From: Takakia lepidozioides
Taxonomy: Eukaryota > Plantae > Bryophyta
Length of the DNA: 64,000 nt
Direction: 5' to 3'
Assembly: GCA_030704615.1 (NCBI GenBank)
Contig: CM060734.1
Span: 34,100,001 to 34,164,000 of the forward strand
Under the pieces are notes generated by a model. That model searched no databases. It was not told where the DNA came from and saw only the letters and a list, made by a program, of their open reading frames with translations. The position numbers were made by a program, and so were the translations under genes. Positions 12,740-25,300 of the stretch are shown piece after piece. Positions within the stretch are counted from its first letter, which is position 1; each line of letters opens with the position of its first letter.

Positions 12740-15700
12740 CTAAACATCCAACTCTAACAATGCTTCCACTATCTGATTTTTCACCTGCGTCGACAGAGAG
12801 TAAGTTGCAACCCCACCCCTAGCTCTAGCTCGAGTTGGAGGCATTGGAAACCTTGCAGCACAAACTAGATGCGAATAGCAAAATGTAGGGGGTGCTTCAT
12901 CCAAAAGTGTGTAGGTGGAACTAGTCGTGCCACCCCGCTTCGCATACCAAATGCCTTCTAGAAGCATCACCCCAGCACCCCATGTATTGCCCCACCCATC
13001 AGTGAACTCCTCGCTGTTAGTGAACAACACATTTGTACAAATGACAATATAAAAGTGTTCACCTGCCGGGTCACCAGTTGCAGACACTGCAAAATTATCG
13101 CCCACCTCTATAGTAGACGCAAGGCTTTCACCATCACCCCCAAAGTCCCAATTATCTTCATCTTCTTCAATTGTCGTTGTCCTTGCACAAGCTGGATTTT
13201 TTGGCTGCAAACGGATAAGCTTGAATTCTTGCACATGTGACTTACTGTCGCAGTCCTTGTCACCACCATCCACACATACGGGACAGAAGCAAGACAATTC
13301 CCGTGCATTCAATTGGGTGATATCTGTATGGCTTACACTTGACACTGAGTGCATTTTGCGACTACCAGCCACAGTCTTGCAATCGTGTTTTTGCCTTCGG
13401 TTGATGTCACCCACTTTAACCTCCCAAAATACCCTGTTGGCATCTTTTCGTGCATCAGAGTAGGCCAAATGTTCCCTACCCAAACTGCTTGTCAGAAAAC
13501 CTACAGCATCGTGCGCATTTTGCATCTTCTGTCCATTTGGTTTCAACTGCTCTTTGCGCAGTTCCCTCTTCAGCACTGCACCGGCACCATCGTGCTCTCC
13601 CTTGCCATGACCTGAACCAAAAAAATTCCATAACATTTGACATCCCTCTGGCAGGTCAGGTTCCACAGTCAATGATGGGTAGCGGGCCACATGGTACCAA
13701 CCTCGAGCTCCTTTGAACTGACCTGAACAGCCATCTGACCAGACCCAATGTAGTGAAGGCATTATCCCCTGCGCCTTGAGATAACACCAATGAAGAGCAA
13801 ATGCATGTTGAACAAATAACGTGTCATGCTTGCGGTCATCCGAAATGTAATAATTGTATTCTTTGAGGATGGGAATTACCCCCACACTGTCTTATGTGTA
13901 TTTCGGGTTATGGCGATACGTGATGTGCACAAGAATTGAAATTTGAAATGAATGCCAGTGCATTTCCTGCACCTCATTCTGTTCCTGAAAAGCATAGTTC
14001 TCGGCAAAGTCAATCACTGAAAGGATTGCCTCCTTAGGGAAATTCAGAAGGCAATTTTTGAAGGCCTTGTCTTGCCATCTAGCCACATAATTGTGGGTGA
14101 CAAATTTGCGTAGCTTGGATTTAAGATAATCCATGAAATAGGTAGCATTGGTTTCCTGGTGGGCCAGTCTCAAAATGGCTTTGTCCTCCCCATGCTTGTT
14201 CTTACCTGCTGCTTGTTTCAAGTAACATCGCCATCGAAAAAGTTGGATGGATTCTGGATCCACTTCCCGTGGGCATACTTTTAAAGTATTCACACCACAA
14301 GCACTGCAATCAGCATATAAGCAACTAGATTTGTGCCACTCATCAGTATCCCTTTTGGGACAGACTACTACCTGCCAAAGTGCAGTTGTGCCAGGAAAAG
14401 ACTGTGTGTGAGCCACACACATCCCAGTAGGTAGGACATCAAGGCTTTCATGCCCACATACCTCAGAACAATGACATGTACACGAGTCACCATGGATGCC
14501 TTTTATCGCCGATCTCATGTTGTTCCACCCTTGCTTCAATTCCTGCATCTCTGTGTGATATTTGCAACAGCAAGTGTTCCTTTCAGTAAGACGACGCACG
14601 TATCAAGGCTTTAGATACTCAAATGATCTTAGCCCAACCATCAGAAGGGTATGCTGTTTGGAAGCGCGTGTAAAAGTCAAGCTGCAATATCAATCACAAC
14701 ATGTCAATCACTCCATGATGCATATTGTGCTAGGTTATAATTATGTACATATGCAACTGACTCCTATCTTAATGGGTCACATGACTACTTTGATACTAAC
14801 TCGTGCTCCTACCCTAAGGTGTAACTACTGTGACATTTGCATAATTACTTTATTGTTGCTACTTGAGTCCTGCGTTCAATAGATGAGTGTAGGAATAAAT
14901 GGCTGGAGGAGTTACTAGAGGAGTTATATCATGGATGCAGGAATCAATAGCAATAGCAGTATATAGTTACTGATTGATTATTGCTACTGAATCCTGCCTT
15001 TAGTAATTATTTACTATACTAGTGGTACTGAATCCTGCCTTTAGTAATTACTTACTCTACTAGTGGTACTGATTCCTGCCTTTCGCAATTACTTACTCTA
15101 CTAGTGGTCCTGATTCCTGTCTTTAGCAATTACTTACTCTACTAGTGGTACTGATTCCTGCCTTTAGCAGTTACTGACTCTACACCCTAAACTGATTCCT
15201 GCGCAGTTACTTACTCTACTAGTGGTACTGATAGCTATCATTAGGATACTGCAGTACTGCACTGACTCCTACAGAACAAGGGCTTTATGATGTAGTAGCC
15301 CTAGTGAGTGCAACTAACACTTATACAAACCAGGCCATAGTATATATACTGTAACAACATATATACCTGATCCTGAAAACTTCAGAGGTCTTGTCCTACC
15401 TAGTAAGTAAGTACTCTAACAATGTACAAACTCCTAAAAAAGTAAGATCCTTAAAGAAGGCGCGCTTCTGGTCAGTCTAACATGCTGAAAGCAAACTGTT
15501 CAGGATCTATGTAGGTTGCTGAGAAGATGGACATGCAATTGAACACAGAAAAACAACAAGTGTAGAGAGGAGAAACCTGAGACTCTTGAAGATAGTGTGT
15601 GGCACGTGTCTCATAATCTTTTGGGCCCCTGCGACGTCGAGTAACATCCTTTTTGTTTGGTGACACCGTGGTTTCTGTTGCCCACCACTCTGTTACTAGC

Positions 15701-16474
15701 GTCTGCACTTCTTTAGTCAACGCATCAGCTCGCTTACTCTCCAATTGCCACAACGGTGTCCCGGACTCATCAAGAAGCCTTCGTCTATTCATACCTTTTG
15801 GAAGCAGCCTGCGATCTACGCCAAGGACCTTCGCAGTCAATCTTACATTCTCAGTGTGGCTGGAAGTTGCCACACTACAAACAATGCTCTTGGCTCTAGC
15901 AATATCTTTTCTCTGTCTCCCTTTTACTTTGCTCTGCCATTCTCTAATACTATGCAAGGCAATTTGGTTTGATCTAGCTTCTTTTGCATCAAGTAATAAG
16001 TTAGAAGGCATAAAGGGTGCAAGCTATGGGTGAGAGAGAACCTTCCCCATCACAATTTTTCTTTGAGTCTAATCCACCACCCAAACTTGTCAGTTCATCT
16101 TCAATGACATGCACAATGCTATTCAAGCAGTTACCCACTGCTTGTTCGTTCCCATAGCCATCCCTCTCTTCACAACACTCCATATCGCGTTCATGAACAA
16201 CCACTTCAACGTCCCTTGCAGCTTTGGCAACCCTTGAATCACGCCTACGCTTCGCTTGTTCAACCTTTCTACTTTGCTCTTCATCACATCTCGCTGCTGC
16301 TATCCTACTTCCCTCGCCTGGTCTGACCACTCCAGTGCCTCTGCGGCTGGCCTTTCTTTTGTTGCCCATGTAGTACGCCATATACCCCTGGGCCCCTAGG
16401 TAGTAAGGTACGCCACACCAGGCCCACAAATCCATAACAGTGTCAACTACCTCCTCTGCCCTCCCACTATCCAC
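12740..16474 (-). mobile_element. Sola2-like DDD transposase pseudogene (2 exons; intron 15576-14682)
   Basis: Motifs FEYLKP*YVRR..NTCCCKYH (Zn-binding), IDFAENY..QEMHW (D1), WSDGCSGQFK (D2) and FFGSGHGKGEHDGAG (D3), then RELSCFCPVC and a C-terminal VGDNFAV..FYIV..EGIWY domain. Lesions: frameshifts at ~16005, ~14640 and ~13890, and a TGG>TGA stop near 14603. Confidence 0.8.
14980..15240. repeat. 41-bp tandem repeat (~6 copies) in the transposase intron
   Basis: The unit TAGTGGTACTGATTCCTGCCTTTAGCAATTACTTACTCTAC starts at 15020, 15061, 15102 and 15143, with degenerate flanking copies. Confidence 0.92.
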
Positions 16475-17779
16475 ATTGGCAAGAGTCTATTTGACTACCT
16501 TGTCCATGCTACTTAGACACAGCTACTTAGACACAGAATCAGCTGCTAGGGCTGCAATCCCAATGACAGCCATGGAAAAACAGGCTGAAATGCGTTGAAG
16601 AAGTTACCTTGATTAGCAGTGCCTTGTTCTATCAATTTTGCTGCTGCCACTGCTGTTTGCTAAAAAGCAGAAAGCAGGAACTCATGATCTGCACTCATGC
16701 AGCACGGCCAGGGGTTAGAACAACACGACGGCCCTCTACGTTAATGCAAGTGAGATCAAAAACTAGTTTGCAATGCACAAGAGAATCAAGGTGGACAGTG
16801 TGGGAAAGAGGAAGAACAGAGGGATGTTGAGGGAGCAGCCGATACTGTCTCCCCCGCAAGACTTCCGTAATAAGATATGGGCCCTCGATACGCTTGGAAG
16901 CCTTGGAAATGATCTTCCCTTGCTGAATCCGCACACACGCAGATTGAACCTTGAGGCCTGCAGCTCTGAGACGACATAATACACGTTGCAGGTCAATGAG
17001 GTGAGAATCGAAATTAGCAGAATAAACATTTATGTCATCAATGTATACTAATGCACATTCCCATCTCAGATTGCCAAGAACCACATCCATAAGCCTTTGG
17101 AATGTTGTTGTGGCATTACATAGACCGAATGACATGGTTTCGTATTGATACATGCCATATCTGCATGTAAAGGCCGTTTTCTCTTTAGATGCTTCTGTCA
17201 AAGGGACCTGCCAAAAGCCAGAAGCTAGGTCAAGTGAAGAGAAAATTGTGGCTCCACTAAGCTGATCAGGGTCTCATTAATTCTTGGTAAAAGATATACA
17301 TCCTTCTTAGTCATGGAATTGAGCCTTCTGAAGTCAACACAAAACCTGGTGGAACCATCTTTTTTGGCTACTAACACGATATGACTAGCCCAAGGTGATA
17401 GACGGGCGAATGACACCAGCATTCAACATTCTCTTAATTTCTTCCTGAACCGCTGCTCTCTCACGAACTAACTCGCGGTAGGCATATTGTTTGACTGGAT
17501 TCCCATCAGTGACAATCTCATGATTCAAAATACTGGTCCTACCAAGATCATGAGATCCTCTACTGAACACAGATAGGTTTCTTCGAATCAAAACATGTAA
17601 CTTAGCCAATTGAACCTCAGTTATATCACCCACCTGGATGTCTGCCAACACTTGAGCAAAGTGCTCCTCTTGCTCGGTGGTGAGAATATTGTCATTACTG
17701 ACTGCAGCAATGTTGGTCATGGCAATAAGGCTGTCCACAGGGCTGTCTACAAGTCCAATATCATGAAAATTGAGAGCAG

Positions 17780-18070
17780 GCTCTACAGATTGAATTTCAG
17801 TCAAAGGCAAGGCAGTGAGTCTAGCCATAACCTGTCCCTTCTTGATTTTGACCATCATACGCTCAGGATTAGCTAGGAGTAATCGGATTTCTCCTCTGTA
17901 CCCCCTGTCCAAAACCCCAGAAGCCACCAAGTAGTGTTTGTGCAAAGATAATTTCTTCCAGCCTTCTACTTCCAAGTACATGTCCTTGGGGCAAATAAAA
18001 GCCAGACCTGTGGGGGCCAAGATTTGTGACATTGCAGACAAATCAATATCATGAGGAGCCCTCAAAAGTA
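17780..18070 (-). pseudogene. dUTPase-like domain inside Gypsy pol, upstream of RT
   Basis: LRAPHDIDL..ILAPTGLAFICPKDMYLEV..SGVLDRGYRGEIRLLLAN..IKKGQVMARL matches trimeric dUTPase motif 3 (GVIDxDYRGE) and motif 4. Motif 2 RSG and motif 5 are not conserved. Confidence 0.7.
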
Positions 18071-19498
18071 TGGAATTATTGGGAACAGGAAGAGGGGCTC
18101 CAGTCTTCTTACCTGGTTCAGGAAAATGCCATTGAAAAAGGGTAGTGGCTGACTCACTGGTAAAATTAAAGAATCTAGTCCAGTTGTATGTGTTACCAGC
18201 TCTTTGGCGAACTTCGTGAGCAGCAGCCTGCATCTGAATAAGATGCCGAGTGGAACTCCCAGCCATAATAGGGACAAACGTTCAGGTTGACTTTATGCCT
18301 TGTACCATTGCCACCACAGGTTTCAATCATCCCTGGCAAATCTTCCTGGTAAGGACAAAACCTGGTGACATGATCCTTGCTTTTGCAGATGTAACATGCT
18401 ACATGGCTTTGATAACTAGCACCAGTATAAGTACGTCCCCTGTTGCCACCACTCGGGTTGGAATTTGATGGGGCCTGCCAACGAGCATCAGCCTTAAAGG
18501 CTTGTAATTCAAGTCTGACCGTTTCCTGCACATCTCGTACAACTGCAGGAAGAAGTTCCATAGCCTTTCCCTTGTTGGTGCCCACAATCAGATCCGAAGC
18601 ATCACTCAGCATGTGTGTGGCTGGAATTTTGGGTACAACTCCCCTTTTAGCTGCTTTAGTGCGCAAGCGTTCTTCTATTAACTGAACCATTTCTTTTTCG
18701 GTGGAGTACTTGTTTCGTTGCAGGTATACTTGCTCTGCAGGAGGTAGTCCTCTGATGAAGCCTAATTTAATGGCCAATGGCCTTTCCGAGAGAACAGGGA
18801 CGGTCTACACTGCTTTACGTATATCAGTATAGTACTTGTATATACTTTCTCCTTCTTTGTAGCTTCTCTCAGGTACACAGAATTCAGACAACTTTTCTTC
18901 ATGAAACAATTGTTCAGCTAAACCCTTAGCTTCAGACCATGACACATCACCCAGATCTTTGATAGTGGCTTCAAAGAGTTCTTGGGCCTCCCCTTTGAGA
19001 CAGAAACGAAAGGCATTGGTAACAAAGGCGGGTGGAACTGCATTCATTTTCACACTCATCTCAAAAAAGGTGATAAAGTTATCAAAGTTATGCCCCACCT
19101 TGTATTCCGGATAAGGTTGCTTCGTCATGCGGGTCTCAGGGGATTTCGCAGGCACAACAACATTTTTAGTACATTTAGCAAGAAGTAAGTCCAACAAAGC
19201 AAGACAGTCAGAAATGAGACGCATAGCATGGCACAACTCATCAAGTTCTGGTTCACCTACTTGCTGTTCAACATTAGATGTGGTGGCCATACTTGGTTTT
19301 GTTTCAGGCCCTGGCAACCTTGTTCCACCCGCTGTGAACTCAGAATTGGGCCCACTGGCTTCAAAAATTCGCTCACGAGGGTCTTTTACCTCTCCCATCT
19401 CACTGTCTTGATCTTTTAAAAGCCTATACTTAGCTCTTGTAAGTCAATAGTTCACTATAACTTTGTAATCAAAAGGAAAGCACTAGGCCAAGAAACCT

Positions 19499-20404
19499 TC
19501 ACCTGTCGGAGGGGTTTATCATAGACTTCTCCCAGTCCAAGGTGTGAAAGGAAGAGATGAACCGATGATTGTAACTTAGGTAAACAGCCTCTCCCTGCAG
19601 ATGCCACAATCGTTCGGCCACCTTGAGCCAAAATGAAACTCGTGTAACAGTTCCAACCACCTTCTCCTTCACAACTAAAGAGTGCAAAGGGTAGCGCTCA
19701 GCCAGGTTGTGCGCATGGCAGAGCCCGATCTTCTCCTCATCAAAAGAGGTACCAGGATACACCACTATATCCTTGGTAGTGAACGTGAATTGATGCTGCG
19801 GGATTCCAGTAATAGCTTGCTTCCAAGTGAAATCGTCAGCATGCAGTTCTTTGTCCCAGGCAGGACGAATATTGGTCAATGCAGCCGCAGTGCCACCCCG
19901 AGTGAACTCCCACAATCGATAGCCACTAATGGTCTTGGAAAACTTAAAGCTTTCAAGGTCGGAGGTCCGGTCCCTTGTCACAACAAACTTTGGTACTCCT
20001 AATTGGGGCCAGGTGAGCAGCTGCCCTACACCAAGTCGCCGACGAATCTCATCCCTAGGCAATCGCTTGGCAATCTCTTTGGCATGGAGTTTCTGCAGCA
20101 GTCGTCCCGCAAAGGCACCTTGCTTGGTGACAACTATTTTTTTGCGTTGCTCACGAGCCTCCCACTCATTGCTCACAGGTTTGCGAGCTTCTTCGATGGC
20201 GGTCCGCTCAAATTGAGCACACCAGTACTCAGAAGGCACATCCAAGGGGATTTCGTCGTCCGGAACCCTCACAAGTGGTTCGCCTTCAGTAGTTTTAACC
20301 AGATTGGGCGGCGTAAGATCACGAAGAACACCCAAAAACACTGCCTCAAAAGAATTGTCAGCAATGTCCGAACAAGATGATTCAAGCGAGCTAGAAGCCG
20401 CCAT
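19499..20404 (-). CDS. Additional intact 301-aa ORF of unknown function between the PBS and gag
   Basis: Uninterrupted ATG-started ORF in the same orientation as gag/pol, ~190 nt downstream of the PBS and ~100 nt upstream of the gag start. Confidence 0.6.
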   Translation of the reverse strand: MAASSSLESSCSDIADNSFEAVFLGVLRDLTPPNLVKTTEGEPLVRVPDDEIPLDVPSEYWCAQFERTAIEEARKPVSNEWEAREQRKKIVVTKQGAFAGRLLQKLHAKEIAKRLPRDEIRRRLGVGQLLTWPQLGVPKFVVTRDRTSDLESFKFSKTISGYRLWEFTRGGTAAALTNIRPAWDKELHADDFTWKQAITGIPQHQFTFTTKDIVVYPGTSFDEEKIGLCHAHNLAERYPLHSLVVKEKVVGTVTRVSFWLKVAERLWHLQGEAVYLSYNHRFISSFHTLDWEKSMINPSDR

Positions 20405-20579
20405 CGCACTTGCTCACTGCACAACAAAACACGACTAAAACGAGAGCTACAAGGTGACGGGTGAATAGAGAGTATAGCATGATGAATGCCGCCATTGCAC
20501 TAGATCTTCAATACGTACGACCTGCCGAACCTACGAAGCCCTGCAGCCAAAACACCGTCACGCACGTTGGTTTAGAATG

Positions 20580-20595
20580 CCCCCCATCTCCACCA
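20580..20595 (-). promoter_or_regulatory. Primer-binding site complementary to the tRNA-Ala 3' end
   Basis: The minus strand reads TGGTGGAGATGGGGGG, complementary to ...CATCTCCACCA, the typical tRNA-Ala 3' terminus. Confidence 0.75.
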
Positions 20596-20597
20596 AA

Positions 20598-21622
20598 TTT
20601 CTCTACCTGGGGGATATTCTCTTTTCCTCTAAGAGTTTGGGCGCTAAAGCGGGGAAATAGCCAATAAAGCAGGCCAAGCTAGATGGGAAGAATCTCTTGC
20701 TAGAGGAGCCTCACAGGTGGGCCAATCAAATCACATGCAGGGGCATCAAGTGCAAATCATCCAAGCGCCAAGCACATCCTAGTACACTGTCCTCATCACC
20801 CAAAACATCCCGCGTTTGGCATAAGCCAACCGCTTTTTATATTAAGGAAAGGGCTAATCTGGAATGGCAAATGGTGGCCTCTTATGGGCTGCCAGGATTT
20901 CTTTAAGTTTCTCCCACACATCAGCACCCACCCTGTCAGGTTAGGTTACTGTTGGAATGAGACAAGGGCCTTGGCTAACTTTAGGTACATTTAATCAGCC
21001 ATACCAACCACCCTACTTTTCATCCAGCTTGCGAACAAAAGAGCATCTGCAGTAGGTGGAATACTCCATCTTACAGGAGAGACCAGCTACTTGCCGAGTT
21101 CGACAAGTCCTGGGGGAAAGACTATGTTTTCTGCAGAAGAATTTCAGATTCTCGGATCGCATGGGAAGACTCCCTCCCTTCCTGCTGGAAGCTCAATTAG
21201 CTCAAAGCTCTCTCCTTTGGAAACTGGTGGCTCGGAGATCAATTGGAGGCAAGGTGGAGGCACAAGCGTAGCAATAGTAAAAAGGGCTCTTTTAATGCCC
21301 CAAAGCGTAAAAGAGGGAGCTCTTAGGTTCTGGCTTCTTTCTTAATTGTTTGCTTGCTTAGTGGCTCCCTTCTCTGTGTTGCAGGCTTCTACATCTGCTG
21401 CCTGTTTCAGTGGTGGGCTTAGACACTTCTTCTTTCTTCTATAGTTCAGCATCTGATGTAAGCTTATTAATAAGCTTAGTGTTTACTGGCTGCCCTCTTA
21501 GTCTTCTTCCTTTTTCTCTTTTTTCATGTTCTTAGGCTCAGTGTGGAACCTCATTACTCAGCCTTCATGGCTAAATGTAATTCCTTACAAATCCTTCTAC
21601 TAATAAAGTCTTCAGGGCTACA
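20598..21622 (-). repeat. Putative ~1-kb LTR, starting TGTAG directly after a polypurine tract (AAAAGAACAGGGGG, 21638-21625)
   Basis: Non-coding segment bounded by PPT-at-TG on one side and the PBS on the other. There is no canonical CA immediately before the PBS and no second copy in the window. Confidence 0.5.
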
Positions 21623-21640
21623 ATCCCCCTGTTCTTTTAA

Positions 21641-21663
21641 AATAATAATAATAATAATAATAA
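21641..21663. repeat. (AAT)n microsatellite abutting the PPT
   Basis: About 7 AAT units. Confidence 0.9.
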
Positions 21664-22392
21664 ATAGTAATGGAAATTCTGTCCAGATTGCAACTCATGA
21701 ATTAGCAGTTGTCAGTATGGCCTCTTTTTTGTAGAAACCTCTTTGTAGTGATCAGGGTCAAAATGATTCACGTACAGCTTGGGTCCTTTGAATGGCATTA
21801 TATCTATGAGTTCATGGTGAATATGAAATCCACTGAAGGTTGTCTGCTTATGGATCCCTCTTTTCATCCTCCTCTCACTCTGGTGAAGACAGCAAAGTCC
21901 ATGGACAAATATTGAAAGCAAGTAAGGACGAGCTGATTCAATGAGGGATTCCAGTGTAAGAGGGATCAGGGACTGCATACAAGCTGAGAATTGATGATCT
22001 GTTCATCTTTATGTCATCAACATCTCCGGCTGGCAATGTGCTGAGATCACCAAATTGTTTTGTACACACAATTTAAAGCAACCTCATCTGGTCGAGTCTC
22101 GACGTCTCAACGTGCCTCTAGTGGTCAAAGAGTACTGGAAGGTCAATTCCAGCAGTACATGTGCACAGATAATTTGGTCAACAGTTTTGTGTGGTTCAAA
22201 TACTTTTCCCCAGATGACTACCTACGAACTTATGAGCTAGTTTCAGTTGGTTTTCTTACAAGCCGTTACAACCCCAGACTTCCTAGAATCTTGAACCAGG
22301 TTTAGATTTTGTGTTACCTGGCCGGATCTGGAGAGTCTCCCTGGATATATACATATATACATTGTTGTGGCAGAATGGTATTGTACATGAAT

Positions 22393-25300
22393 TCAGGGGG
22401 ACAAAGAAGTACCCATGTTTTTTATTTCTTTCAGTACTCTGACGACTGTAACCATGGTGGGTCGGTGTGCAGGCAACTCATCTGTGCATAACAGACCCAA
22501 ATGTATGAAGTGCAAGAGCTCCTGTTGGTGGCCTGTTTGATTTACAATAGGCTCGCAAATCTCTTCCTGCCTGCCCTGACTCTGAAGTTTGCGAACCCAA
22601 TCCACCAAATTGGCCCCCTCCAGCCCATTGAAATGTGGCCCTGTTGGACGCTTTCCAGATACCAACTCCAGCAAAACCACACCGAAGCTGTACACGTCGC
22701 CCTTGACTGTAGCTCTCCAGGTCTGCCCATATTCTGGGGGGACATAACCGGGAGTCCCTGCCACAACTGTGCTTACGTGGGTGTTGGTAACATCCATATG
22801 GCGGGCAAGCCCAAAGTCTGTCAAACAAGCATTGAAGCTCTCATCGAGTAAGATGTTGCTTGCTTTCATGTCTCTATGGATGATATGTGGTACACAGTCA
22901 TGGTGAAGGAAGCAAAGCCCCTGAGCAACGCACAGGGCAATATGCAATCGTGCAGGCCAATCTAGCGAGTCGGCATTGCCATACAGCCAATCATCAAGAC
23001 TCCCGTTGCTAATGCACTTGTAGACCAGCAATTTCTCCTGATTGTTGCAACAGTAGCCCAATAGTGGCACCAAGTTTTCATGGTTTATGTTACCAAGAGT
23101 CTCCATCTCTGCCTGGAACTCGCGCAGTCCCTGTTCCCCCTCCTGAAACAATTTTTTGATGGCAACGCTTGTTCCATCTGCCAGCTTCGCTTTGTATACA
23201 ACTCCAAATCCCCCATCTCCAATGATGTGTTCTTCACTGAAATTATCAGTGGCAGCAAGCAAGTCTGCATATGTGAGGGCCTTCAGGCACGGTGTTCCGA
23301 ATGACGCAACAGGAATGGTGAAGCTACATTCTCTGTCGACAGAGGAACTTGGCCACCCCTGTCCATCTGACATCACCATCTGTTTCCTGACATGTTCAAG
23401 CTCCCGCTTTTTGGACACTAAGCACAAACCAACTGAGATGAACGCCCAAAGAGCCCACAGAACGATTCCGAGGACGATAATGCTCGTCCCCATACTGGCC
23501 AGTTTGATCGCAGGTGCTCTGGACGGTGAAATTAAACCGCAGACGGTCACGTTTGCCTGCCAGGACGTGCGATTCTGGGTCGTGTAAGGGCCGGGGTTAA
23601 AGCAAAGATTTGGATCGCCTGTGTAGCTACTCATAGTAAAGGTAAGAAACTGGTTTTCGGTAGGCACACTCCCAGTCAATTGCACATTATAAGAGACATT
23701 GAACTCAGAGAGGGAAGTCAACTGGTTGATACTGTGGGGAATGTCGCCCGATAAGCTGTTGTAGGACATATCTAGACTAGCTAAATTGGACAAATTACCC
23801 AAACTCTCAGGGATTGACCCGTTGAGGAGATTGTAAGACACATTCAGATTGTACAAAGGAAGTTCACCGATCTCCAAAGGTATTGGACCAGATAAACAAT
23901 TCTTTGCTGTAAGTAGAAAACCCAAAGACAGAGAATGGGTGAGGTCAGGAATTTTTCCCGTGAGCTGGTTGTCGGAGAGCTGCCAATAACCGAGCACAAT
24001 TTTGTCCCCACTTACATGATTGATTGGGAACGTCAACGCTCCTGTTAGAATAGTCTCCCACCTCATATGGCACTGCTGGTGTTCCAGATTGGTGAACAAT
24101 TTATCGAATGGCTGAGAGTTCGCAGGTATCCAAGTAGAAACGATCATACACTCGCCCAAGCCCACTGGAAGCCAAGGCAGAGCCTGATTTCTCCTAAAAA
24201 TTTCGTCTGAATTGTGGCCAATGAATCCCAGATTAAGTGGAATGTCACCTGTTAACATATTCTCCCCAAGATTGAGCCACAATAAGCTCGTACAGTTTGA
24301 CAACTGTGGCGGAATTGGGCCTGTCAGGTAGTTGCTCCCTAGCTGCAGCCACAAGAGGTCTTGAAGGTTGCCTAGTGTCGGGGGGATGGTGCCAATCAGC
24401 TGATTGGATGACAGATCCAGTGCTTGCAGTGAGCCAAGATTCCCCAGCTCCCCAGGCACCGTGCCATTAAACTGATTGCATGACAGCCTGAGGAACATCA
24501 GATTGCTCACATTACCCAAAGCAGGAGGAATCTCCCCTTCCAGACTGTTGTTACTGACATCCAGATGCAGCAAATGTTGCAGTGTCATGAGCTCTGGGGG
24601 AAGTCCGCCCGTGAAGTGATTGGAATGCATAGTCAAGTACATCAAACTTGTCATTTGGCTCAACCAAGCAGGAATTGGGCCAGAAAGACTGTTATTACTC
24701 ACATCTAGCAGGTACAGACCGGCACAACGAGCTAAGTAGTAGGGGAGATCGCCAGTGAGATTGTTGCTACCTAGTCCCAACCATTGGAGATTACCTAGCT
24801 GCCCCAGCTCGCCTGGAATAACCCCACTGAAAGAATTTCCTTGAAGATTCAGCATCACCAGCTTGCTGCAATTCCCCATTTCGGCAGGGATGCTGCCTTT
24901 GAGCTGATTCCAGGAAACGTCGAGCTTCTGGAGATTTTGGCACCAACTGTGGAGAATACCAGTGGACTCGTTAGAAACTAAATCCAGTTTCTTCAGAGGC
25001 GCTTCAAGCTGCCCAAATCCACCAGGTAGATCCCCGTTCAGACCGTTGTTGCTAAAGCCAAGGATTTGCAGATTCTTGCAAGACCATATCGCTTTTGGCA
25101 CCAAGCCCGTTAGGTTGTTGAATGAGACGTTGAACATTTTGAGGCTGTCGGGATTGGAAAGAAGTTCTGGCAGGATAGCCCCTGTTAGAAAGTTTGAGGA
25201 AAGGTCCAAAGCCTCAAGGTGAGTCAAGTTTCCAAGCTCCTTGGGAATGGTCCCTGACAGATGATTCTGAGAGAGGTCCAGAACCTGGCACGAACACCAC

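Larger units (their letters stand above)
16695..21638 (-). mobile_element. Internally deleted Ty3/Gypsy LTR retrotransposon (single LTR, extra ORF, gag, dUTPase-like, RT, integrase C-terminus)
   Basis: Gag 19398-18300 with CCHC knuckle CYICKSKDHVTRFC. RT motifs [45 protein letters not shown] and YIDD. The GPY motif (IEGPYLITEV..YRL..VHLDSL) is fused directly after RT, so RNase H and the integrase core are missing. No recognisable protease. Confidence 0.9.
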
